From Callorhinchus milii (taxonomy: Eukaryota): 64,000 bases of DNA. The notes under the pieces were generated by a model. It was given only the letters and a program-made list of their open reading frames with translations, was not told the origin of the DNA and searched no databases. The translations under genes were made by a program, and so were the position numbers. Positions within the stretch are counted from its first letter, which is position 1, and each line of letters starts with the position of its first letter. The DNA is taken from positions 1 through 64,000 of the forward strand of contig NW_024705104.1 in assembly GCF_018977255.1 (NCBI RefSeq), given 5' to 3'. Of the stretch, positions 1 through 11,399 are shown piece by piece.

Positions 1-915
1 TCCTCTAACCAGATATCAGACGGTTTTATTATTATTCGTTCGCTATTCCCCAACATGCCGGTGGATCAGATCAAAGGCAGATACAATCAACAGATACTAC
101 AACAGAATAACACACTATAGATATCTCGAGCTCAAGAGTTCAACACTGTGTCTTTCCAGCCGACAAGCTTAATTCTTCATGCTTTCAGTCTTATTGCTTA
201 CAGCTTTCAATCTTCCATCTCCGTACCCTTGTCTCCGCAGCCCGGGACGGCTCCATCTCCCGTATCCTTGTCTCCACGACCCGGGACTGCCCCGTACACA
301 AAGTTAACGGAACTCTTATACCAATGTTCCTCCAATCATGGTGCGGACATTCGATCACCTGGTCGACATCATGCTGGGTTCACGTGAGCACCTCATGGGG
401 TGTAGTGCCTCACACACATCCACATTGTCCTTAAGACCCCTGTTATCTGATCTAATTGTCTAAGTTAGAGGATTGATCAGTTTAGGGCTGTATCTGGTGC
501 TCATTATTTTGTGGTGTGCGGTCATTAGTACATTCCTTTTAAGTGACTGGTTATTTCTTATCAGTTTCCCGGGATGGTGCCAAGGTCCTATAGTTGAAGC
601 AACTCGCTCTTAGTTGCTATTCTTGAGGGTTGCCTTCTGCCGCTTGTCAGGCCCTGTCAGAATCCAGCGACTATTGCTAAGTCGAGAATCCTGTGCAGAC
701 CGGAACCTTAGGCCATTACCTCTGTGGGCTTGTTGTCATTTACTGATAAGAGGTGACCCCTGCCCCTGTCCGTTATTCTTTCAAAAACAGAGAAAACCAG
801 ATGTGTCCTATCCCATGACTGTCAGTCCAGTTGTCCCCACACTTAACTTAAAAGTTAACCCATTCACAACATCTACTATGATTGTCGTCGTATACTAAAC
901 GTGTATTTTCTAACA
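1..915 (-). mobile_element. LTR (partial copy of the 5' LTR at 40325-41288), runs off the window start
   Basis: Reverse complement matches 40325-41242 almost base for base. Terminal TTCTAACA at 908-915 (= TGTTAGAA on minus). Contains the ~35-bp GGAGACAAGGATACGGGAGATGGAGCCGTCCCGGG repeats. Confidence 0.8.
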
Positions 916-1059
916 GTAGCGTTGCGTTTTTCAGCACAATTTTGCAAATATATATTTAATTCAACAACGATTACACGTGCGCTGTCATATCCATTAGCTG
1001 AGTTCATAATTGATATCTAAAATGTCTCAATAATTAGCCGTACACTTCAAATAAGCGCA

Positions 1060-1260
1060 GATACAAATGTATCGGAAGGATGTTAAAGCATTGGAAAAGG
1101 TACAGAGGAGATTTAAAAGGATGGTACAAGGCATGAGAGAACATGTTTCTGAGAAAATGCTAGACAGGCTTGGATTATTCTCATTGGATCATAGAAGGTT
1201 ACGGGGAGACCTAATAGAGGTCTTCAAAATCATGAGGGGATTTGATAGGTAGACCAGGAA
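1060..1260 (+). mobile_element. CR1 LINE fragment (RT C-terminal region)
   Basis: Frame YRKDVKALEKVQRRFKRMVQGM...LGLFSLDHRRLRGDLIEVFKIMRGFDR is the typical CR1 ORF2 C-terminus. Confidence 0.9.
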
Positions 1261-1506
1261 TTTACTCCATGCTAAACAAGTTTAACTGAAGTTTAACTGC
1301 ATTAATTTATAATGTTTCAGATAACATTTAGTCAGATGTCACCACACTTACATTTATCTTGGAAAGAAGAAACTGAGGAAGATTTGAATACAAATTGCGA
1401 CATTAATCTTATACTTAATGTCGTCTGTATGATATAGGGTAAAAGCCAAATAAACATTTGTATGTAATCCTTTCCAAACACACCAATAAAAAGAAAAGAA
1501 CAGTAA

Positions 1507-1599
1507 CGCTCGAACAAGGACTTGAACCATGGACTCTCGGATTGCTGTCAAATTGTTAACTTTAAAAGCCTGATGCTCTACCGACTGAGCTATCCGGGC
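1507..1599 (-). tRNA. tRNA-Lys(UUU)-like gene with a 20-nt intron at position 37/38; some stem mismatches, possibly a pseudogene
   Basis: GCCCGGATAGCTCAGTCGGTAGAGCATCAGGCTTTTA-[AAGTTAACAATTTGACAGCA]-ATCCGAGAGTCCATGGTTCAAGTCCTTGTTCGAGCG. Removing the bracket gives the 73-nt vertebrate Lys-TTT frame. T-runs follow downstream. Confidence 0.8.
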
Positions 1600-1614
1600 T
1601 CCATCATCTCTGTG

Positions 1615-1891
1615 TAACAGGTCTCTTATCTGTGCAGCAGTCCTGGTCTCTCCAAAGTAGGTCTGGTCTCTGTATAACAGGACTGGTCTCTGTATAACAG
1701 GATTGGTCTCTGTATAACAGGATTGGTCTCTCTATAAAAGGATTGGTCTCTGAATAACAGGATTGGTCTCTGTATAACAGGACTGGTCTCTGTATAACAG
1801 AATTGGTTCTGTATAACAGGATTGATCTCTGTATAAATGGATTGGCCTCTGTATATCAGGACTCGTCTCTGTATAACAGGATTGGTCGCTG
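1615..1891. repeat. 20-bp satellite (GATTGGTCTCTGTATAACAG)n, proximal block
   Basis: About 13 imperfect tandem units between the tRNA-Lys gene and a SINE. Confidence 0.95.
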
Positions 1892-2268
1892 TAATAATAA
1901 TAATAATAATCCTTGCATTTGATATAGCGCTTTTAACGTCGGGAGGACGTCCCAAAGCGCTTCACAGAACACACTGTAAAGTGAATTGACTGTATATTTT
2001 GTGGCGAACTCGGCAGCCAATTGCGCACAGCAATGTCCCACAAACAGTCGTGGATTGAAAATGACCAATTTATTATTGTTTTTGGTTTTGGAGGGATTAT
2101 TATTAGGCTCTGTGTGGAGTAAGGAAACTTGCCCAAGGTTTCCCCTCTGCCTGGGATTGAACTCAGGTCTCTCGCTTGCAAAGCGACTGCTCTAACCACT
2201 GAGCGTTCGATTGTATAACAGGTCTCTCGCTTGCAAAGCGACTGCTCTAACCACTGAGCCACAGGTCT
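1892..2268 (-). mobile_element. tRNA-Ala(UGC)-headed Deu-type SINE inside the satellite, with a duplicated head
   Basis: Minus strand reads: A/B-box head (anticodon arm with a TTTGCAA loop), core TTTGTGGGACATTGCTGTGCGCAATTGGCTGCCG, L2-like tail GGGACGTCCTCCCGACGTTAAAAGCGCT, then (ATT)n. Confidence 0.9.
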
Positions 2269-3526
2269 CTGTATAACAGGAGGTCTGTATAAATGGTCTC
2301 TGTATAACAGGACTGGTCTCTGTATAACAGGATTGGTCTCTGTATAACAGGATTGGTCTCTGTATAACAGGATTGGTTCTGATGTCTGTATAACAGGATT
2401 GGTCTCTGTATAACAGGATTGGTCTCTGTATAACAGGATTGGTCTCTGTATAAAGATTGTCTCTGTATAACAGGATTGGTCTCTGTATAACAGGATGTCT
2501 GTATAAAATGGTCTCTGTATAACAGGATTGGTCTCTGTATAACAGGATTGGTCTCTGTATAACAGGATTGGTCTCTGTATAACAGGATTGGTCTCTGTAT
2601 AACAGGATTGGTCTCTGTATAAAGGCATTGGTCTCTGTATAACAGGATTGGTCTCTGTATAACAGGATTGGTCTCTGTATAACAGGATTGGTCTCTGTAT
2701 AACAGGATTGGTCTCTGTATAACAGGATTGGTCTCTGTATAAAGGGATTGGTCTCTGTATAACAGGATTGGTCTCTGTATAACAGGTTCTGTATAACAGG
2801 ATTGGTCTCTGTATAACAGGATTGGTCTCTGTATAACAGGATTGGTCTCTGTATAACAGGATTGGTCTCTGTATAACGATTGTCTTGTATGGGTCTCTGT
2901 ATAACAGGATTGGTCTCTGTATAACAGGATTGGTCTCTGTATAACAGGATTGGTCTCTGTATAACAGGATTGGTCTCTGTATAACAGGATTGGTCTCTGT
3001 ATAACAGGATTGGTCTCTGTATAACAGGATTGGTTCTCTGTATAACAGGATTGGTCTCTGTATAACAGGATTGGTCTCTGTATAACAGGATTGGTCTCTG
3101 TATAACAGGATTGGTCTCTGTATAACAGGATTGGTCTCTGTATAACAGGATTGGTCTCTGTATAACAGGATTGGTTTCTGTATAAAAAGATTGGTCTCTG
3201 TATAACAGGATTGGTCTCTGTATAACAGGATTGGTCTCTGTATAACAGGATTGGTCTCTGTATAACAGGATTGGTCTCTGTATAACAGGATTGGTCTCTG
3301 TATAACAGGATTGGTCTCTGTATAACAGGATTGGTCTCTGTATAACAGGATTGGTCTCTGTATAACAGGACTGGTCTCTGTATAACAGGACTGGTCTCTG
3401 TATAACAGGATTGGTCTCTGTATAACAGGATTCGTCTCTGTATAACAGGATTCGTCTCTGTATAACAGGATTCGTCTCTGTATAACAGGATTCGTCTCTG
3501 TATAACAGGCCTGATTTCTGTATAAC
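2269..3526. repeat. 20-bp satellite, main homogeneous block (~60 units)
   Basis: Near-perfect (CTCTGTATAACAGGATTGGT)n with occasional GGACT/GGATTCG variants. Confidence 0.97.
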
Positions 3527-4471
3527 CGGCTGTAATATTCAAAAGTGGTTAAGTGTACGGATAAAAGATTAAGTATGTGGATAGTGAATAGCGATAGATA
3601 TTTTGCACAGGACGATTGTCTCCCGTTGTAGCTTCATTCGCTCTGAAAATTAATGATTTGTATGTGACTGACCACAACTTGTTGATGTTGGTTCCTGGTG
3701 ACTTCTCCACTTCTGATATCTGCACAGTGACTGCTTTTAAAAATATTACGAAATGTTCAGTGCAAATATTATCCTTGAGTTAAGCTGATAACATAAGTAT
3801 CATATCAGATGCAACGGGTCCGTATTTGCTGTATTATGTGAATTGCATCAACAAGAGATGAGGGTGGAAGCCACACGGCTGTGGGGAGAGGAAAGGGGCT
3901 TGAATGTTTTGTCAAACAGTCTGGGGAATGGAAAGCGTCGGGAAAGTGGCAGAGAAGCCGTTTCTTGGAAGCAGATGTCCTGAAGAACATTAAAGACCTG
4001 TTCGTTTACGTTTGTGTCCCTGTGACAGTGTAACTTTGTTACTTCCGTTGTTAGTATTCAACTTCAGAAAACATGGCTTCGATTTGTGTGCACAGGAACC
4101 GCCAACACTTCTGAAACGTTTGAACAATTTGTGTATGGAGTCCAGTAGGACCAAGCGCCAAAATCACGAATATCGTTCACAAATATATGCCAATATAAGT
4201 GTGAAATTGTGTGAAAATAGTCCGTAATCCCAGGGTTGTGATTTTGACAATGACAGGAAATAAAACTGAAGGAATCTGTCTCCGTGAGCATCCAACACAC
4301 ACAAATGGCAAACACCACGTTTTGTACCATTTCCTTCGATTCATACCAACATATTTCATTACGTTAAATTTCAGTGCATCTGGTTTAGTACAAAAAAAAG
4401 AAATACAATGACTTGGAAACTGCTTCATATCTCTCAATATTTCCAAATCTACGGGGGATTTGTAAACAGAG

Positions 4472-4543
4472 GGGAATGTCGGGGAATTGAACCCGAGTCT
4501 CCCGCGTGACAGACGGGGCTACTCGCCACTATAATGACGAGGA
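4472..4543 (-). pseudogene. tRNA-Asp(GUC) pseudogene
   Basis: TCCTCGTCATTATAGTGGCGAGTAGCCCCGTCTGTCACGCGGGAGACTCGGGTTCAATTCCCCGAC matches Asp-GTC, but the 3' acceptor strand reads ATTCCC instead of GGGGAG. Confidence 0.85.
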
Positions 4544-6339
4544 TTCCAGCAAATTCAATTCTCACAAGACAAAAAGTGCAAAAGTTCTTGTAAGAGTCAC
4601 GCGATTACAAAGACCAAAGGCTGCAAATTTCACAACAAAAAGTGTCTGCAATTAAGCTTCTGTGCTTAGATTAATAAAAGGAATAATCCTGAATATATTT
4701 TCCCCAGCCACACCACAGCTTCGTATTTCTATATTCAAGTATTCATATTTTCAGGCTGATTCCGATGTTATTGGCAATCACACGTGGAAAAGCTAGACAT
4801 TCTCCGAAAGGAAAGTAATGATGCAAATGAATCGAAGATTTGGAAACATTGAGGGATATGAAGCATTTTCCAGTTGCTAATGGAACCAGTTTACTGTCAG
4901 ACTGGTGATGCCTTTACCAAAGGACACAATGGCGAAGAGAAAGACAGAGAGAAAGATACTTTATAGCTTCGTCTGCCTCTCCACGGTCTCACATATACAG
5001 GCACACAAACCAATCGATACATAGACCAAAGGATGCGGCACACACACTCACTCACTGACACAAACTAATAGGATTAACTCTCTCCCTGTCTACTTCCAAT
5101 CACACACCATAAGGTGAACCCCAAAACAAACGTACTTGGAGAGATAGACATATAAACAAATTGCGAGAGAGAAAGAAATGAATGAAAATTCCCCGCTCGT
5201 TGCTTTTTTTCCCACTCCCCGTTAGCTGTGGTTGTCGTTGCTGGAATCACCTGTTACGCCTGATCTACCTCCCCAACTTTGTCTCGCTCCTAACCGCTCT
5301 CTCGCTGTAGTTTGTAGATGATACTCTGCCTCTTTATTCTAAATGTAACCTTCACTTTGCTGTCCAGCCTAACTTCCCCCTCTCACTTTCAAGTCTGAGA
5401 CCAGATGTATCTGTCTACGTTTTAACGCTTAGCAACGTTCTCTCTCCAGTCTAACATGGCCCTCCGCCTCTCTCGGTTCCAACGCTCTCTCTCTCCTCCT
5501 CGCTTTATTTGAACTCTAACATTAGCTCACTCCATTGAAACTTTCCGCGTGGTAAAGTTCCCTCAGTTTAGGGCTCTTAGGACTCAATGGATTAAGTGGG
5601 ATAATCTAGAGAGGAGAGGATTTAATTGGAGTGTGAATGAGCATGGAGGTTTCTAGTTTACAATGAGGTGTTCGAGTTCTGGTTTCGGGATCAATTGTAA
5701 TTTTTCGGAACAGCCCTGGAGAATGGGATCCGGGCGAGGACGTGTGTTATTGCGAAATTGCATATAATTTATATTATATATTGTTGTCACCCGATCCTCC
5801 CCGAACACATATCAACTCCCCGGTCACACGACGTCTACCAGTCAGACCCAACATGTGTTTGTAAAAGCGGTTGAGTTGGTCATCAAGGCGTTGGTATCAT
5901 CATAGAAGGACAATAATAATGATTGATACAATATAGTTTAATGAGTTATGATCAATTATGTATTTCACGTAGAACAGCAAATTAATTTTCTATGGCGCCT
6001 TTCACATCGACATACCTACTGATACTTCAATAATAAATAATAATAATAAATTATACAGGCAAGTGAAAATTTTGCATAGCGCTGTGACGTTAGACATACG
6101 GGTCTGTGATGTCTACCGAGTGTCGCTTATGTTGCGCGAATGAGCGCAGTGACAAGGACGCCATTTTGGGGCTGAAGAGCTCGGACAGCGGCAGTAAACC
6201 AGGTCTACAAACTGTTGACCAACCAACCAGGTCACTTACACAGGAAATAATCAGATGAACAGGTTAGTTACACAGTAACTCACCAGCTGACTAGGTCACT
6301 AGTCCAGTAACTAAAGAGAAGACCTGGTCACCCACCACC

Positions 6340-6765
6340 ACAACAACAACAACATGATTCCATTTAATGAGCGCCTTTCACGTCGGGAGGACGTCCCAAG
6401 GCGCTGTACATTTGGGTCAGGACCCGAGCAAGGGGGAAATGTTCAGGGTGAGGGGAGGGAATGGAGGGAGCGAGGAGGGTGTAGAGAGTCGAGAGGTGAG
6501 CTGAAGGCACGGTCAAAGAGAAAGGTCTTGAGACCGGCCTTGAAGTAGGAAAGGGAGGAAGCGGGGATAGAGTTCCAGAGCTTCGGGGCTGAGAGGCTGA
6601 AGGACCGGCCAACGATGGTAGGGCGGTTGGGGCGGGGGATGTGGAGCAGACTGAAGCCAGAGGAATGGAGGGTATGGGCAGGTAGGTAGGGGGTTAGTAG
6701 GTCGAAAGGGTTGGAGGAGGGAGCAAGGCAGTGAATGGCCTTGTAGGTGAGGATGAGGAATTAGT
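6340..6765 (-). mobile_element. L2 LINE 3' end (5'-truncated), same family as 22774-24311
   Basis: Closely matches 22790-23260. Has the (TTG)n tail and the GGGACGTCCTCCCGACGTGAAAGGCGCT stem-loop. Confidence 0.9.
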
Positions 6766-6904
6766 TAACCACATGAAGAGGTCACTTTCCAAGTATATAA
6801 CCAGATGCCATGGTCACCTTTGAGATAGTGAGAGAGAGAAAATTAGAGAAGGAGTCATATAGAATCGGGTGATGCTTCCACTGCTGGTATGCAAACAAGA
6901 CTCG

Positions 6905-7240
6905 CACACACACGCGCAAACACTCACACAGACCGACCTATAAATTCACACATTGCCACATACATATTAAAATATACATAACACACACATTGACACACAG
7001 ACATAGACTGACTAACACACGTTAAGACAAACACAATGACATACAAATGCACACAGACATTTAAACAAATTGTCCTACAAACAGTCACACACAACACATT
7101 GACACAGGCAAACCCAACACATACATTAACATAGATGTGCAGGTACACACACATAAAGCCAAATACACATAGACTGATCTGCACAGATTGACACATTAAA
7201 ATCTACAAAATAGATACAAATACCCGCACACTCACACAGT
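6905..7240. repeat. CA-rich low-complexity tract
   Basis: Degenerate (CA)n/(ACAC) runs. Confidence 0.8.
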
Positions 7241-7551
7241 GAAAGAAAAATAGAAGTATAAAGATGTGCACAATTACGCTATACACATGAAAAGAGACAC
7301 AGACACTCGCGGACATATGGTATTAAGTCAATCACAACATCTCACCACAACACCCTTATACGAGAGGGTGGACGGACAGTCTAGAGGGAGATTTGCCCTT
7401 CCTCTATCGGTGACCTGTGATTTGTGATGGTCAGTTGGGAGTTAGCTTTCTTCTATCTCTGACTCTAATCTTGGATGGTGGACAGTCGGTGTAACATTGT
7501 CCAGGTTTCTGTTCATCCAACGGGTTATAAGAGTCGCAAACATTTTTTTTT

Positions 7552-8473
7552 CTAATGAAAGAATCTAACAATTATAGATAATGGAAAAGTCACCACTTTG
7601 CTAAGCTCCTCCCTGAATTTCGTCTGTGTAACCGCATAAATACAAGTGTTGGTGCAGGAACTCAAAAGCTGCAGCATGTAACCAGTTTGCCAGATAATAT
7701 ACAATGGGTCACTAAAGCCCGGTACTGTTTCGTAATATGTTTTTGTAATTCTCCAATACAAGAAATTTAGAACATATGTCATCCATAATAATATAAAACT
7801 GGCGGAAACAGCAAAGAGTAAAACGATTGATTTTTTTCGGTTCCTTATCTCTGGATCACTGCCATTCGCACCACTATTCTTGTCCCCATTGCTGTGTCCC
7901 CGCAATCGTTTGCGGGCTCGACTGGCCACAAGTATGTGCCTGACCATCAGGACGTTGAGCAGCAAAATCATAATGAATGGGAGAATTGGGGTTAAAACAT
8001 AATTAAGTGCGTCAAACACCGCCCATCTAAGAGAATTGAAATAGCTTGCCTTAGGTTCGCAGCCCCAGGGAATATTATTGATTACGGAGTGTGGTTTAAC
8101 TACAAAACCCCAGGAATGTTTATCACAACGCACAGCGCACTCAATACCGCTATAACTGTAACAGAAGTTTTTTCTGAACAATATTTTGTTTTCAGATTTT
8201 GGCAACAAATGGCCACATATCGATCAAAGGTGAAAGCCACAGTGAACCAGACAGAAATTGATATTGTTGAGCTAGACAGGACCATAAGGAGCCCACAAAC
8301 AGGTGTGATGGACAGGAATGAATTTGGGAAATTAGCAAGACTTACTCGATATAAAATCACTGAATTGATAATCACGAACAGATCTGCCGTGGACATGGCC
8401 ACCAGATACAGAGAGATACATTTGGAGAGTCCGCACCGCCCACGAGACAGAATTACAATCGACAGCAGGTTTG
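7552..8473 (-). pseudogene. GPR139/GPR142-like class A GPCR, gene A, exon 2 (1-bp frameshift at ~8113)
   Basis: Acceptor tctctAG at 8475-8474. Frame ANLLSIVILSRGRCGLSKC...FDRYVAICC...INIP, then shifts to FVVKPH...LSSCTNTCIYAVTQTKFREEL, ending at TAG 7552. Paralogues read ATT CCC TGG; this copy reads ATT CC TGG. Confidence 0.88.
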
Positions 8474-8599
8474 CTAGAGAGAGAGAGATAAATGCCCATC
8501 ACCACAGTACAACAACTTGCGTTTATTTACTACATCGCTGCAATTAATACAGCATCAAGAAATCGAAAGCAGTCGACACATACAGAGAAAACCAAATAG

Positions 8600-8700
8600 A
8601 GACATGCACACAGACACACACACAGATAGTGACAGAGAGAGGGAGAGAGAGGGAGAGACAGAGACAGAGAGGGAGAGAGAGAGAGAGAGACAGAGAAAAT
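8600..8700. repeat. (CA)/(GA) microsatellite in the gene A intron
   Basis: GAGAGAGAGGGAGAGAGAG runs. Confidence 0.85.
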
Positions 8701-9639
8701 GAAAGATCCAGATTTGTCATCGCTGTAGGTATTATTGCTTCACAATTTGGATATTTTTTGCTGCCTATCTGAAGTTGGAATTGCATATCAAATAAAGTTA
8801 GACACTTTTAAACATCGGATTTCTATATAATTCTTATAGGTTATGTTTCTGGAAGACAACCATAAAACTGTCCCTTATGTGGCTGTCATCCGGCCCTCAT
8901 TAATAGTAAAATTATTAATAATAATTAATAAAAATGCTTGCATTCGATACAACGCTTTAACGTTTCGTTGTTGAGTCTCAAAGCGGTTCACAAAATAACC
9001 TGAAAAATAAATTAACTGTATATTTTGTAGGCGAAATGGGGCAGCCAAACGCGCACAGTTTTACAATATAAAATTGTGGCTAAATTGCCAGAACACACCA
9101 CAGCTTGGACTATCATGTTTCGGACCCTCAGCTCAATGAATTGTTGTGGGCTTCAACCCGCAAACTTCTAACCAAGAGCCAAGAACACTAACAAATGTGT
9201 GAAACGTACGGATAATCATTGGCTAAACACATAGTTTAAAATAATAATACCAGTTGCGATTTTCCGATCATTTTCTCTCATTCCCTCTATGTAACATTTA
9301 ATAATAATAATAGGAATTTCCTTGCATTCGATATGACACTTTTCACTTCTTATGAACATATCAAAACGCTTCACATAGTATATCCATTTACCGAACTGTA
9401 AGCATTAACCCGGTGGTTAGTTAATTGGTAGAACGCTTTTTCGAGGACAATAATCATTAAAAAAAAATCTGGCCACACAATCCATGTTTGTTTGTGGTGG
9501 ACTGCAACGCGAAATTGGCTGCCGGGTTTAACCTGTCACTATAAAGACAATTTACTGTGCACTGTATCCTCAGCAGCGCTTTGCGGTGTATGGAATACCT
9601 ACAAAGTGCAATATCAAATGTGAGGAATATTATTATTTT

Positions 9640-9835
9640 CGTAAAATGAATTGACTGTACATTTGTGGACGAATCGCGGCAGCCAATTCCATACAAAAAT
9701 GTCTCACAGACTCACTTGATTGATTACTTATTTTTTGTACGGATTACTATCGCCATTTCGCAACATTTCGCACTCCCGGGAATTGAACCCAGGTCTCTCG
9801 CTTGCGATGTTATTGTTCTTACCACCGAGCGATAG
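9640..9835 (-). mobile_element. Diverged Ala-headed SINE (partial), with further SINE tail fragments at ~8930-9060, ~9300-9400 and ~9470-9640
   Basis: Head GCAAGCGAGAGACCTGGGTTCAATTCCCGGGA and core GGCTGCCGCGATTCG on the minus strand. Confidence 0.75.
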
Positions 9836-10287
9836 GAATCCATTAATATATATATATATTAATAGCACGGTACAGACTGACTAAAATTTGAGGCATCGCC
9901 ACCTTTCGGCGTCCAAACAGCACAAAGCATTTGAGTTTACTGAAAAGCCTATTTGTTGGCAAACGCGGCAATTAAAAACAGACAAACAGATATAAAGTAA
10001 ATTATCAAGCATACCGCGAAGTGTTTTTTGCAATTAGGTGTTGCCCATCAACCCCCAAACAAATCCCCCTTTTTTTAAACTGTGCCACAGGATCTTTGAT
10101 ATCTGAAGGATCAAGTAGGACTTTACTTGTTAAATACGTATACACATCGCGGCTCCTACAGCAAGAATCAATGGGTCGGGGTCTGCAAACCACATCTTTC
10201 TGATTCAGAGGAGAAAGTGCTACCCACTGAGTCAGGCTGCAAACTTTACTGCAAACTAGTAACTAAAGATTCAGTTAAACAACTTGC

Positions 10288-10357
10288 CAGGAACTCCAAA
10301 GGCAGCGAGAACCGGATAGTAAATGTTTTGTATCCTGTGTATTGGCGCAATTGTCAT
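10288..10357 (-). CDS. GPCR gene A exon 1 (MTIAPIHRIQNIYYPVLAAFGVP+G), GC donor
   Basis: 70-nt exon, same length and YYP.LAA.GVP motif as exon 1 of genes B and D. Donor G|GCAAGT is phase 1, matching the exon 2 acceptor. Confidence 0.85.
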
Positions 10358-10729
10358 CTCGACAGAGAACCGATGGTACCTCGTCTCCGTATAGACAGGA
10401 GATTAGAATAACTATATGAGATTCAAGAGCAAAAAACACAGCCTGATTTATACCAACGTGAACGCTTGACTTAGAAGATTTATTACATGATGTTGAACGA
10501 GATTCAGCCATGTGGCAAACATGTACTCTCCCTGAGCGGTGCAACTTACGTAAATTAATTATTTTTAGCAACTTGTTATGGTATCCATGCGGAAACCTAT
10601 CACACTGACATTTGTGTAATTATTGACCTGCATGTTATATTTTTTGATAATTCAAATGACAACGTTTATATTTCTTATTAGGTGAAGAATTTTCCAAGTC
10701 CGTGTGGATTAATTGCACTAAGTTGGTTG

Positions 10730-11140
10730 TGAGGGTGCGTGAGAGAGGGTATGCGAGTGTGTGCTTGAGACTTTTGTGTGTGAGCGTATAAAAATATAAT
10801 AATAATCCTTGCAGAGTATGTCTTGCGAAGTGTGTGAGCGACGGTGTGTGTGCCTGACACTGTGTGTGTGAAGTGTGTTTCGTAGTGTAGGGGAATGTGA
10901 GGGATTGCGTGATGTTGTGGGAGAGAGAGAGGATTATGTTTTACAGTGTGTGTTAGTGTGTACGTGTGAGACTTTGTGTGCGAATGTTTGTGCATGAGTG
11001 TGCGTGTGCGAGGGTGTGTGTTTGAGGAGAGTGTGAGGCCTATGTGTGTACCTGAGGGTGTTTGTGTCTGATGTTGTGTGAATGTGAGTGAGGGTTTGAG
11101 TGTTTGAAGTGAGGGGCCACTGGGTTAAGGGGTGAGGTAA
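10730..11140. repeat. GT-rich low-complexity tract
   Basis: Degenerate (GT)n/(GA) runs. Confidence 0.8.
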
Positions 11141-11399
11141 AGTGAGCCGGTGAATCTTTGAGGTAAATCTATACTACGTTCAATCAGCAAGAAAATAAAG
11201 AAGAACATTACGATTGTCAAAGACACCCGTTGGTTAAGGAAACACAACCATTGATGCAAAACCTTATCCTGGTCTGACAGAAGCAGGAACTGTCGTCAGC
11301 TCAGTATTTTGTACGCCTCCCCGCCTTTGGAACATATGATACTGTCACCCTACCCTCGGGCCACGAGGAAACTGCGTGTTATTGTGCACATGATGGGGG

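Noticed and set aside
1933-3542. Long minus-strand ORFs (231 and 431 aa, YTETNPVIQRPILLYRDQSC repeats); CRISPR-like regularity
   Set aside because: Translations of a stop-free 20-bp satellite. Units are contiguous with no unique spacers and no cas genes, so neither a protein nor a CRISPR array.
5290-5520. FVDDTL motif suggesting an RT active site
   Set aside because: Preceded by a stop and lacking other clear RT motifs; at most a very old LINE scrap.
8089-8547. 152-aa plus-strand ORF
   Set aside because: Antisense shadow of GPCR gene A.
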